Part shown: piece by piece, positions 38,569-47,397 of the stretch
Numbering within the stretch: the stretch's first letter is position 1
Layout of the letters: each line of letters opens with the position of its first letter
Source: a candidate division WOR-3 bacterium
GTDB taxonomy: Bacteria > Hydrothermota > Tepidihabitantia > Tepidihabitantales > Tepidihabitantaceae
Direction: 5' to 3'
Length of the DNA: 64,000 nucleotides
NCBI GenBank assembly: GCA_965649295.1
Contig: CBFGKH010000001.1
Location: 160,001 to 224,000, forward strand
Made by a program: the position numbers and the translations under genes
Notes under the pieces: generated by a model
Databases searched by the model: none
Seen by the model: only the letters and a program-made list of their open reading frames with translations
Told to the model about the DNA's origin: nothing

Positions 38569-39561
38569 ATGCCGCGAAGAAAACAAACAGAACCCTTTGT
38601 GCCGGTTTCGCCCGATAACCCTCTCGGCATACTCATGGAACCGACAGAAGTAACGTGTTTAGCTGCTCGTGATGCGGCACGAACGCAAGACAAGCCAGCG
38701 GTCAAACAACTTCCATTCAGGCTGCACTGGTTCAACGCCAAGGCTGGCATCTGGCTCTACCAAGCAGACTGCCTGACATTCATGGACCGTGTCGCGGAAG
38801 CGCACCCAGACGGCCGCTTCGACATGATCTTCGCCGACCCGCCCTATTTTCTTAGCAATGGCGGCATCACGTGCCATGCTGGCCGCATGGTTTCGGTTAA
38901 CAAAGGCGATTGGGACAAAAGCAGAGGGGCCGAAGAGAACCACGAGCTCAATCGTCAGTGGCTTGAGCGATGTCGGCGAGTCCTAAGACAGGACGGCACA
39001 ATCTGGGTTTCGGGTACGGCGCATGTCATACATTCAGTCGGGTATGCCATGCAACAGCTCGGCTTCAAGCTCCTGAACGACATCGTCTGGCTGAAACCCA
39101 ACCCTCCACCAAACCTCTCATGTCGCTACTTCACCCACACAACCGAAACGCTGATTTGGGCCGCAAAGAGCTCAAGTAGCAAACACCACTTCGATTACCA
39201 GCTAATGCGCAAGCTGGCTGGTGGCCGCCAGATGAAGAGCTATTGGCCGGATGTCAAAGAAGACAAGGTTGTGCCGACCGGTCTGCTGGAGATACCACCC
39301 CCAGGCCGCGACGAAAAGCAATATGGCAAGCATCCGACTCAAAAGCCGGTCGCCCTGCTGGAACGAATCATTCTGGCAAGCACCCAGGAAGGAGCGTTGA
39401 TTCTTGACCCGTTCATGGGCAGCGGCACAACCGGCGTGGCTGCCGTGCGGCTTCACAGAATGTTCGTCGGCGTGGAACTGGTTGAGCAGTACGTTCACAC
39501 CGCGTCAAGACGCATAGCGGATGAGTTGAAGCACTCGGATCAGTTGAAAGTCGGCATCTAA
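38569..39561 (+). CDS. N6-adenine DNA methyltransferase, beta class, DpnA-like (predicted GATC)
   Basis: DMIFADPPYFLSNGGI...VSVNKGDWDK, KPNPPPNLSCRYFTH, GKHPTQKP, LDPFMGSGTTG. Confidence 0.88.
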   Translation: MPRRKQTEPFVPVSPDNPLGILMEPTEVTCLAARDAARTQDKPAVKQLPFRLHWFNAKAGIWLYQADCLTFMDRVAEAHPDGRFDMIFADPPYFLSNGGITCHAGRMVSVNKGDWDKSRGAEENHELNRQWLERCRRVLRQDGTIWVSGTAHVIHSVGYAMQQLGFKLLNDIVWLKPNPPPNLSCRYFTHTTETLIWAAKSSSSKHHFDYQLMRKLAGGRQMKSYWPDVKEDKVVPTGLLEIPPPGRDEKQYGKHPTQKPVALLERIILASTQEGALILDPFMGSGTTGVAAVRLHRMFVGVELVEQYVHTASRRIADELKHSDQLKVGI

Positions 39562-40454
39562 TGCTAGCTAGCAGACAAGGCTTGACACCCGAGGCTTTCC
39601 TAGACGAGTTTCTGCGAACTCTCCAGCCTGGCGTGATCCCGCGATCTGAATTCATCGCCTGGTCTGCTATTGACCAGACCGTCGCTTCTGCCAGAAAGAG
39701 CCTTGAGTATTTTGAATCGTCACTCGCAGCTGCGGGGAAGCAAAGCCTGCTGAAACAGGAGATTGCCGATGCCCTTCTTGCCGACGATGATCCAGAAATG
39801 CTGCTACGCACTGCTTTTGCCCTGCTCGGCCACACCGGCGACCTTTTCGTATCCTCAGTTGACGACCTATCCATCAGGCAAGCTGCGGACAGAATAGCTG
39901 CTGGCGACCGAAAACAAGCCGAGCTTGTTGCGTCAATACTCACTGACATCGGAATCCATCGTGTCATTAGTCGTGAAAACGTTGTTGATACCTTCTTCGG
40001 CGTTCAAGTGGGACTTGAGTGCAACAGAAGGAAGAATGTCGGCGGCGAGGCCTTCAAGAATGCCGTTAGTATTGAGCTTCGTCGCACTGTCAATGAACTT
40101 TCCAAACGATTTGACGGACTGCAACTGAAGGAAGAGCTCAAGATCGCCTACAGCGGCATCTCAAAGACGGTCGATTTCGCGATAATCAAAGACAGCGCCC
40201 CTATCGTAGGTTTTGAAGCCAACTTCTACACGACAACTGGTTCGAAGCCAACTGAGATCAAACGGTCTTATCAAGCGGTGACTCAAGGTCTCAAGTCGGT
40301 CGGCGTTGAGCTTGTTTGGGTTACTGACGGCAAAGGCTATCTTCACATGCGGCGCAGCCTCAAGGATGCCTTCCGGGTCTTACCCAACATATACAACTTG
40401 GCAATGCTCCACAAGCACCTCACTAGCGACCTCACTGCTCTTCTCTCACAATAA
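39561..40454 (+). CDS. DpnII/MboI-family type II restriction endonuclease
   Basis: GVQVGLECNRRKNVGG, KTVDFAI, FEANFYTTTGSKPTE..RSY, VWVTDGKGY, IYN; TAATG overlap with the methylase; lower GC than flanks. Confidence 0.85.
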   Translation: MLASRQGLTPEAFLDEFLRTLQPGVIPRSEFIAWSAIDQTVASARKSLEYFESSLAAAGKQSLLKQEIADALLADDDPEMLLRTAFALLGHTGDLFVSSVDDLSIRQAADRIAAGDRKQAELVASILTDIGIHRVISRENVVDTFFGVQVGLECNRRKNVGGEAFKNAVSIELRRTVNELSKRFDGLQLKEELKIAYSGISKTVDFAIIKDSAPIVGFEANFYTTTGSKPTEIKRSYQAVTQGLKSVGVELVWVTDGKGYLHMRRSLKDAFRVLPNIYNLAMLHKHLTSDLTALLSQ

Positions 40455-40657
40455 GGTCTGCAGCATTGTATGGCTCCTGGTTGTCCGCCTGAGCCGCTTT
40501 CCTCTCGAAACAGAAACCTATGGTTTGCCTTCGGGCCGATTTCCGATTTCAGCCCGCTGCCATCGGCTAATCGTCGAAGCGTCCTCACTAGTTATACGCC
40601 GGCCTGAGTGTATCTGAGCACAACAATCTGACCACCCAACTGACGGTAATCCCTGCC

Positions 40658-40694
40658 CACGGTCCTTGCACCTCCTTTGAGGTGCAGGGCTGTG
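40658..40694. other. strong intergenic hairpin (about 16 bp stem)
   Basis: CACGGTCCTTGCACCTC-CTTT-GAGGTGCAGGGCTGTG; no clear U-tract on either side. Confidence 0.5.
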
Positions 40695-41137
40695 CCGCTC
40701 AGACCAGCCCTAACTCCCGCCGGTAGAACCAGCTAGCCGACTTCACGCCCCTCTCCCCTCCATCGTCCCCGGGATGGTCTCCACACCCGCCTGCTGACAT
40801 TCTTGCATGGGACATTGGCATTCTCATTCCGTTATCCTTGCTGAATTGGCTTCTCTTTGGGTCATCCGAAAGGTTGGCACCGGTATCAGCACAGCTCATC
40901 TCCACTGCGTTTGCTTCAGGACTTCCCCGCCTCCTCGGCTAGACCTCACCTGACGAGTCAGCAGCGACCTTCGCCCTTGCGCTTCGCTCTCGCTCATCAG
41001 AGCTCCGCGCTAATCTCTCTGACAAAGAGCCGCTATCACTCCTGGTCTCGGCCCGGCGTATCTGGTACCGACAGGTGACGGCTAGTCCTTTAGTCTGTCC
41101 TCGTGCCCTTGGTGACGAACCGTGCTTCGCACCTGGT

Positions 41138-41165
41138 TTGACTCAGCCTCCAAGCAGGCTAGAAT
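41138..41165 (+). promoter_or_regulatory. sigma70-type promoter of the iscS-iscU operon
   Basis: TTGACT (41138-41143), 16 bp, TAGAAT (41160-41165). Confidence 0.6.
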
Positions 41166-41214
41166 CGGCTTGCCGGCTCTGAACCGGCACTACTCCGGCT
41201 ACTGTCTAAACTAT

Positions 41215-42456
41215 ATGATGCAGGCTTACTTCGACCACGCTGCTGCCTCGCCGCTGCTGCCCGAAGCCCGTGCTGCGATGTTACCTTTCCTCGAAACCGA
41301 TTTTGGCAACCCAGCTAGCCTGCATCGTTACGGTGAGAAACCCCGCCAGGCAATCGAAGCTGCCCGCCGTGAGGTTGCTGCGCTCATCAACAGTCAGCCT
41401 GAGGAGATTGTCTTCACCTCGTCTGGTTCTGAAGCAAACAATCACGCGGTGAAAGGCTTTGCCCTGGCCCGCCCGGATAAGGGCAAACACCTGATTGTGT
41501 CGGCAATCGAGCATGTGTCGGTGTTGGCCCCGGCCCGGTCATTGAAGAAGCTCGGCTTTGAGCTGACCGAACTCCCGGTTGACCGTAGCGGTGTCGTCCA
41601 TCCCGAAGAGCTCGCTGCCGCGATCCGGCCCGACACTGTCCTCGTTGCCGTGATGCACGCCAACTACGAGGTCGGCTCAATTCAGAATATCAAGGAGCTG
41701 GCCCGAATCGCGCATACCAAGGGCGTGCCCTTCTTCGCTGACGGCTGCGCTGCGGTCGGCCGCATCCCAGTTGATGTTGCCGAGCTTGGTGTTGACGCCT
41801 ACTCTTTCCCGGCCCAGTCAGTCTATGGGCCGAAAGGCGCGGCCGCGCTCTATCTCCGGCGGGGAACTCAGCTTCAGCCATTGATTGAAGGTGGTGTCCA
41901 GGAACGGAATCGGCGGGCCGGCACCGAGGATGTCGCCGCCATTGCTGGATTCGGCGCAGCCGCCGCCGTGGCCAGACAGCACCTTGCCGAATGGTCGCAG
42001 CACCTGAGCCGCCTGGCCAGCCGCATCATCACTGAGCTACCCGCGAAGCTCGAACGGGTCGTCTTGACCGGGCCGCAAGAGAACCGGCTTCCCGGTCACG
42101 TCTCGGTCTGTGTTGAGTTTGTCGAGGGCGAGGCGATGCTGCTTCTGCTCGACGACGAGGGCATCGCTGCTGCCTCTGGCTCGTCGTGCACTGCGAAGAC
42201 GCTCAAGGCATCACACGTCCTACTGGCAATGGGCCTGCCCCACGCGCTGGCCCAGACTTCACTGGTACTGACCTTGGGCAAGGATTCGACCGATGCCGAG
42301 GTAGCTTACCTCCTCGAAAAGCTGCCACCGATTGCCCAGCGACTGCGCCAGCTCTCTCCGCTCTATGCGAAGTTCAAGCGCGGCGAGGACCCGTATGCGA
42401 CCAAACCAAAAGCAGCCTGCGATGACCACGAACACCAAGTTGAAGCCGATGAATAG
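41215..42456 (+). CDS. iscS: IscS/NifS-family cysteine desulfurase-like protein lacking the canonical PLP lysine
   Basis: YFDHAA, FGNPASLH, FTSSGSEANN, IEHVSV, RAGTE, SGSSCT; the SxHK motif reads PAQS. Confidence 0.85.
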   Translation: MMQAYFDHAAASPLLPEARAAMLPFLETDFGNPASLHRYGEKPRQAIEAARREVAALINSQPEEIVFTSSGSEANNHAVKGFALARPDKGKHLIVSAIEHVSVLAPARSLKKLGFELTELPVDRSGVVHPEELAAAIRPDTVLVAVMHANYEVGSIQNIKELARIAHTKGVPFFADGCAAVGRIPVDVAELGVDAYSFPAQSVYGPKGAAALYLRRGTQLQPLIEGGVQERNRRAGTEDVAAIAGFGAAAAVARQHLAEWSQHLSRLASRIITELPAKLERVVLTGPQENRLPGHVSVCVEFVEGEAMLLLLDDEGIAAASGSSCTAKTLKASHVLLAMGLPHALAQTSLVLTLGKDSTDAEVAYLLEKLPPIAQRLRQLSPLYAKFKRGEDPYATKPKAACDDHEHQVEADE

Positions 42457-42534
42457 GAGTGAATGCCCAGTGGCCAGCCCAAGACTGGCGGTCCGGCCCA
42501 AGCCACTGTCCACTGTGACTACTCAGGAGCGCTG

Positions 42535-42912
42535 ATGTACTCAGAGAAGGTAATGGATCATTTCCGCTCGCCCCGTAACGTTGGCGAGATTGAGAACCCG
42601 TCCGGTGTCGGCGAGGTTGGCAATCCGGTTTGTGGTGACATGATGACGTTCTACGTCAAGATTGAGAACGGCATCCTCACCGACGTCAAGTTCAAGACCT
42701 TCGGCTGCGGTGCGGCAATCGCGGTCTCCTCGATGGTCTCAGAAATGGCCATCGGCAAGACCGTTGAGGAAGCCCTGAAGATAACCAATGCCGATGTTGC
42801 CAAAGAACTCGGCGGCCTGCCGCCCAACAAGCTCCATTGCTCGAACCTTGGCGCCGACGCCTTGCACAAGGCGATCGAGGATTACCTTGCCAAGCAGCAG
42901 GAGAAGAAATGA
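42535..42912 (+). CDS. iscU: Fe-S cluster scaffold protein IscU/NifU
   Basis: MYSEKVMDHF..PRNVG, NPVCGD, FGCGAAIA, KLHCSNL; SD AGGAG. Confidence 0.93.
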   Translation: MYSEKVMDHFRSPRNVGEIENPSGVGEVGNPVCGDMMTFYVKIENGILTDVKFKTFGCGAAIAVSSMVSEMAIGKTVEEALKITNADVAKELGGLPPNKLHCSNLGADALHKAIEDYLAKQQEKK

Positions 42913-43106
42913 AGTCGCCCAAAACGACCGCTTGCCGCTGTCCCTACTGCGCCGGGCCGACCGACAAGGAGGGGACAATCTGCACGCCCTGCAGCGTCAA
43001 GATTAGATTCTGTCCCACCTGCGGTAGTCCCCTGCCGCAGGGGTCTGACGATTGTCCCGAATGCGCCGGCAGCCACTCTGCCGGCAGAAAAAGGAAACAA
43101 CGATGA
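42909..43106 (+). CDS. small double zinc-ribbon protein
   Basis: 65 aa with CPYC, CTPC, CPTC, CPEC; ATGA overlaps at both ends. Confidence 0.75.
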   Translation: MKSPKTTACRCPYCAGPTDKEGTICTPCSVKIRFCPTCGSPLPQGSDDCPECAGSHSAGRKRKQR

Positions 43107-43384
43107 CCCTCAATCATCAGTCCGGTACCAACAAGAATCACAAAGTCACCTTCTATGGTCTTTCCACCTGCGGCTGGTGCCGCAAGACCCGAGAATATCT
43201 TGACCAGCACAGCATCGACTACGACTGGATCTACGTTGACCAGACCACCGGCGACGAGCGCAACGAGGTAGTTGCCCGGGTCCGCGAGCTCAACCCGCGC
43301 GGCTCCTACCCAACCGTCGAGATTGATGGCCAGGTCGTGGTCGGCTATGACGAGGAAGAACTGGCCGACCTACTTGGACTATGA
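43103..43384 (+). CDS. glutaredoxin/NrdH-like redoxin
   Basis: LSTCGWCRK, NPRGSYPT, VVGYDE. Confidence 0.88.
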   Translation: MTLNHQSGTNKNHKVTFYGLSTCGWCRKTREYLDQHSIDYDWIYVDQTTGDERNEVVARVRELNPRGSYPTVEIDGQVVVGYDEEELADLLGL

Positions 43385-43902
43385 GCGGTGAAGAGTTTGC
43401 TCCCGAAGTAATCGCCGCCTATGAACGGTTGAAGAAAGAGGCCGAGGCGGGCGGCTACCGGCTCAACCCGGACCGAGAGTTCGTGCTCCGGCTGGTGCAG
43501 GGCCTACTCGAAAACGAACGCCGCTACGGCTACTGGCAATGTCCGTGTCGTCTCGCGTTCGGCGAACGGGCCAAGGACAAGGACGTCATCTGCCCCTGCG
43601 ACTATCGCGACGCCGACCTGGCCGAATACGGTGCCTGCTACTGTGCTCTCTACGTCACTGATGACTGGATTGCCGGCCGGAAACCGCACGGCTCAATCCC
43701 CGAACGCCGGCCGGAGAAGTTTATGAACGAAGGTTACCAGGAATCCACGCCGGTCAGCACCCCGCAGCCAGGACCAACTGCCGCGTTGGCCTATCCGGTC
43801 TGGCGCTGCCGCGTCTGCGGCTACCTCTGCGCCCGACCCGAGCCACCCGACAAGTGTCCTATCTGCAAGGTAACGAAGGACCGGTTTGAGAGGTTCATGT
43901 GA
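43381..43902 (+). CDS. ferredoxin-thioredoxin reductase catalytic domain fused to a rubredoxin-like domain (ferredoxin:disulfide reductase-type)
   Basis: CPCR, CPCDY, CYCALY (FTR 4Fe-4S/disulfide motifs); C-terminal WRCRVCGY...CPICK. Confidence 0.88.
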   Translation: MSGEEFAPEVIAAYERLKKEAEAGGYRLNPDREFVLRLVQGLLENERRYGYWQCPCRLAFGERAKDKDVICPCDYRDADLAEYGACYCALYVTDDWIAGRKPHGSIPERRPEKFMNEGYQESTPVSTPQPGPTAALAYPVWRCRVCGYLCARPEPPDKCPICKVTKDRFERFM

Positions 43903-44219
43903 GTAATAAGGGAAATGTCATTGCTGAGCTGACCGTGGTCCCGCTCGGCACCGGTTCCACCAGCCTCAGTCAGTATGTCCGCATCGTCGAGCAGATGATT
44001 GCCGCCAGCGGCCTCGAACACACCCTGACACCGATGGGCACCTGCGTCCAAGGCGACCTCGATGCAATCTTTGCCGTCGTCAAGCAGGCCCACGCTGCGC
44101 TGGCTGCTGCCGGCTGTGCTCGCATCTCAACCCATATCAAGCTCGACGACCGCCGCGACAAAGAGCGGAAGATGCAGGACAAGATTGACGCTGTGCTGGG
44201 CAAGCCTGCCAGCCGCTAG
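43899..44219 (+). CDS. MTH1187/UPF0045 thiamine-binding protein
   Basis: IAELTVVPLGTGSTSLSQYV, LTPMGT..QG, RISTHIKLDDRRDK. Confidence 0.88.
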   Translation: MSNKGNVIAELTVVPLGTGSTSLSQYVRIVEQMIAASGLEHTLTPMGTCVQGDLDAIFAVVKQAHAALAAAGCARISTHIKLDDRRDKERKMQDKIDAVLGKPASR

Positions 44220-44228
44220 CTGCCAACG

Positions 44229-44912
44229 CTAGATCTGTTCTTCATCGAAGAACAGGTTGACGAACTGGATTCCCGGTGTCTTGTTCAGGTCCTCGATGAA
44301 ACGACTGCTGCCGGCCTTGTCGCGCAGCCGCACGTAGAACGAAGCCTCAACCAGCTCGGTGTCACCCAACGTTCGGACATTGATTGGCGTTACCTTCTGG
44401 CAGTGCCGGTCAAGCACCGCCTGATAGGTCGGCGTACTGCCGTCACCCGGTCGGTAGTTGAACTGAAGCAGGTAATCATCACGCCGGGGGGCGGCAAACT
44501 TCGCTTTGGCCAGCAGTAGCACGGTCAGACCGATAACAACCGTACCCACAACCGCAATGGTGTAGAAACCGACACCAGTCGCCATTCCGATTGCAAGGGC
44601 CAGGAACACGAAAACGATGTCCTGCGTGTTCTTCACCGCGTGCCGGAAGCGAACCACCGACAGGGCGCCGACCAGTCCGAATGCCCGGGCCAGGTTGTTG
44701 CCAATGACCATGATCATTATCGCCGTGGTCATGGCTAGAAGAATAAGCGTGTTGGTATAGGCAACAGAGTACCCTGGCCCGCGATAGGACTTGCGATAGA
44801 CCCAGGCAATGAACAAGCTACAGATAAAGGCTACTGCCAGCTTGAGCACAACGATTGGTGCTTCGAACGGCAGCAGGTTCAGCGAATGCACAAACTGCCT
44901 CAGAACCTCCAT
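44229..44912 (-). CDS. DUF4956 membrane protein
   Basis: IGNNLARAFGLVGALSVVRFRHAVKNTQDIVFVFLALAIGMATGVG, about 4 TM helices plus a soluble C-terminal domain. Confidence 0.88.
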   Translation of the reverse strand: MEVLRQFVHSLNLLPFEAPIVVLKLAVAFICSLFIAWVYRKSYRGPGYSVAYTNTLILLAMTTAIMIMVIGNNLARAFGLVGALSVVRFRHAVKNTQDIVFVFLALAIGMATGVGFYTIAVVGTVVIGLTVLLLAKAKFAAPRRDDYLLQFNYRPGDGSTPTYQAVLDRHCQKVTPINVRTLGDTELVEASFYVRLRDKAGSSRFIEDLNKTPGIQFVNLFFDEEQI

Positions 44913-44913
44913 A

Positions 44914-45768
44914 TTACCTCTCAGTTCCTGCCCTGGCACCAGCTACTGGGGCAAACTCGGTCCAATGCGCCACCCCGCCCAGAAATTTCTTCTCGCGCCG
45001 CTGCACTTCAATGCCGGTCGCATACTTTGAGAAAGCCTGCCGCTGGAGATTGAATCGGCTGAGCCAGTTCCGCAACCACGCTGGCAGCGTCAGATAGAAC
45101 TTCACCTCGAGGATGAAGTGACCGGGAATCAGGAATGTGGCGTCGCGATCCGAATATAGCGATTCGAGTGCCGGATAGAGCCGTGAACGAATGTTCTTGT
45201 CAAAGGTGATCCGTAACCGCGGATCGAAACGGCCGAAGAAGGCCTCCCGTTCGTAGGCGACCAGCACTACCGGCAGCAATCGGCGTCGGTAATAGTTGTA
45301 AAGGAACCGGCTGGCGGCTTCGGCCGCCGCCGATCCTGGCGCAAAGGGCAGTACCTCGTTCTTGGGCCCGTAGCCGGCAAAAACCGACGGCAACTGGTCC
45401 CAGCGCACCGGTGCGCGATGCTTACTGATGAAATCCTCGTACCGACGCTTGATTTCGAGAAAAACAACGCTGTCTGGCCCGAGCCGATCGTAGCCGCGAA
45501 TGCGAAACTTCTTCTTCAGCCGGAATCCGTCAAACTTCTCATAGTAGCAGCCGAACCGCCGATTGTCGTAATAAATGCTGCGCACGGTGTATTGCCGGTC
45601 CGGACGCTGGGCGGAGAACGGATCAAGCCGCACATACGGCATCATCGCTGCCCGCAACTCCCCCAGCAGCTCGTTCGCTACCATGAATTTGTACTCCAGC
45701 CGACCAACGGGTTCGGCCGGCTGACTGCCCCAAGCCGCCCGACCAGCCCGTACCCGCAACCAGCTCAC
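44914..45768 (-). CDS. VTC-domain (CYTH superfamily) polyphosphate polymerase
   Basis: RLEYKF, YTVRSIYYDN, KFRIRGY, FLEIKRR, YEREAF, RITFD, ILEVKF, FSKY. Confidence 0.9.
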   Translation of the reverse strand: MSWLRVRAGRAAWGSQPAEPVGRLEYKFMVANELLGELRAAMMPYVRLDPFSAQRPDRQYTVRSIYYDNRRFGCYYEKFDGFRLKKKFRIRGYDRLGPDSVVFLEIKRRYEDFISKHRAPVRWDQLPSVFAGYGPKNEVLPFAPGSAAAEAASRFLYNYYRRRLLPVVLVAYEREAFFGRFDPRLRITFDKNIRSRLYPALESLYSDRDATFLIPGHFILEVKFYLTLPAWLRNWLSRFNLQRQAFSKYATGIEVQRREKKFLGGVAHWTEFAPVAGARAGTER

Positions 45769-47396
45769 TCGCCAGCTCGCGCTACCACGAATCTGACACG
45801 CTGCTCGTCAGCACCCAACCTGGCGCCCGCGAAATAAACACCTGGCTCCAGCCCAAGTTGAGCCGGCCGCAGTTCAATGCGCTGACTACCAGCAGCAGCC
45901 GTAACCGGCTGCAATCGTGCTCGAACGCGTCCAAGGCCATCCCAGATAACTGGCTGTACCCACGTCGGCGTACTCAGTTCCAGCCGCAGTTCGGCTTGCT
46001 CGCGGCAGGGATTCGGTGTCACGATCAGCACTGCTGCCCTGGCCCGCCGACCGGTGTCGCGCTCGCTAATGCCCAGCACCGGATAGCGCGCTGTCGCGTA
46101 GTCGCTGCCCGTGCTGCCACCATCGCTAGTGCCAGTGACGCAGATACCGTGGTCAGCATCAGCGACCATTGCCACTGGTTCATCGAGCCTGCTCGCTGGC
46201 CCATCGTAGCGATAGACCCAGCACTGGTTACCGAACGAGTCATAGACAACCGTGGCGTAGTCGTTGCGCGTACCATCGCCAGTACTCGTTCCAGCCACCG
46301 CCACCCAGCTGCCGTAATCGTCCACCGTAATCGCTCGCGCCTCATCAAACCCATGGCCTGGTCCGTCATAGCGCGCGACCCATTCCTGTCCGCCGCCACT
46401 ATTGAACTTCAGCGTCACGAAGTCGAAGTCGTTCTGGGTATCTTGACTGTAGCCGGTAACATAGACATTGCCCCAGTAATCAACCTCGATGGCATTGGCC
46501 CAGTCCACGCCATTGGCCGGCCCATTGTAGGTGACTGCCCAGAGTGACTCGCCGGTTGAGCCGTACTTGACGACGGTCAGATCAACACTGCTGGTCAGCC
46601 CAGTTGTACCGCCGGCAACACAGACGTTGCCGAACCGGTCGAGCACCATCGCCTTGACTTCATCATCGTCGTCGGCCTGACCATTCAGTCGCCTGACCCA
46701 CAGGGTCTCACCAGTCCGACCATCGAACTTGGCAGTCACCATGTCCCAGCGCAAGGTGTAGGGACTACCACTGTTGCCAGCGGCATAAACGTCGCCATTG
46801 GCATCAACCGCCACTGCCACCGCGTAGTCAAATTCGGGAGTCACATAGCTGCTGACCCAGCGCCGAACTCCGTCGCTGCCGTATTTGAGCACACACCAGT
46901 CCCATTCGGTCCCGGCACCGCTCTGATAGCCGGCAGCAATAATAGCTCCCGAGCTGTCGAATGCGACTGCCAGCCCATCTTCATTGCCCGCTGCCGGCCC
47001 GTCGTAGCAGGCTGACCAGATTGGCGTGCCGTTTGTGGCGTCATGAACGAGCAGCAGCGCATCGGTCATGAAATTGCTGGCGGTTACGCTGCCCGCAACC
47101 GCTACCCGTCCTCGGGCAACAGCAATTGCCCGACCTTCATCTGCTCCCTGCTGCGTACCGTCATAACGCATCGCCCAGAGCGATTCGCCGGCAAGACTAT
47201 ACTTGATTGTCAGCACATCGAACGAACTGCCGCCCCAGCTCGTTCCGGTCACATAGACACCGCTGGCATCGTTGGCGGCAATCGCTGCCGCCCTGTCCTC
47301 ATCGTTTGCTGGCCCGTTATAGCGCATTACCCAGCTCGAACCAGTACATAGTCCGGCCAGCACAACCAGTAGTCCTATCAACTGTTTGCATCTCAT
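45765..47396 (-). CDS. secreted SBBP-repeat beta-propeller protein with T9SS-like C-terminal domain
   Basis: About 7 repeats of W..RY(D/N)GP...D...AI.VD..GNVYVTG.S...D..T.KY; C-terminal PNP...PGVYF. Confidence 0.85.
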   Translation of the reverse strand: MRCKQLIGLLVVLAGLCTGSSWVMRYNGPANDEDRAAAIAANDASGVYVTGTSWGGSSFDVLTIKYSLAGESLWAMRYDGTQQGADEGRAIAVARGRVAVAGSVTASNFMTDALLLVHDATNGTPIWSACYDGPAAGNEDGLAVAFDSSGAIIAAGYQSGAGTEWDWCVLKYGSDGVRRWVSSYVTPEFDYAVAVAVDANGDVYAAGNSGSPYTLRWDMVTAKFDGRTGETLWVRRLNGQADDDDEVKAMVLDRFGNVCVAGGTTGLTSSVDLTVVKYGSTGESLWAVTYNGPANGVDWANAIEVDYWGNVYVTGYSQDTQNDFDFVTLKFNSGGGQEWVARYDGPGHGFDEARAITVDDYGSWVAVAGTSTGDGTRNDYATVVYDSFGNQCWVYRYDGPASRLDEPVAMVADADHGICVTGTSDGGSTGSDYATARYPVLGISERDTGRRARAAVLIVTPNPCREQAELRLELSTPTWVQPVIWDGLGRVRARLQPVTAAAGSQRIELRPAQLGLEPGVYFAGARLGADEQRVRFVVARAGE

Positions 47397-47397
47397 A

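Noticed and set aside
7997..40777. 13-nt sequence GTCCCCGGGATGG shared by the two largest intergenic gaps (7997 and 40765)
   Set aside because: A 13-mer match is expected by chance in 64 kb of GC-rich DNA and the second site lacks the 12-nt periodicity. Kept only as a search hint.
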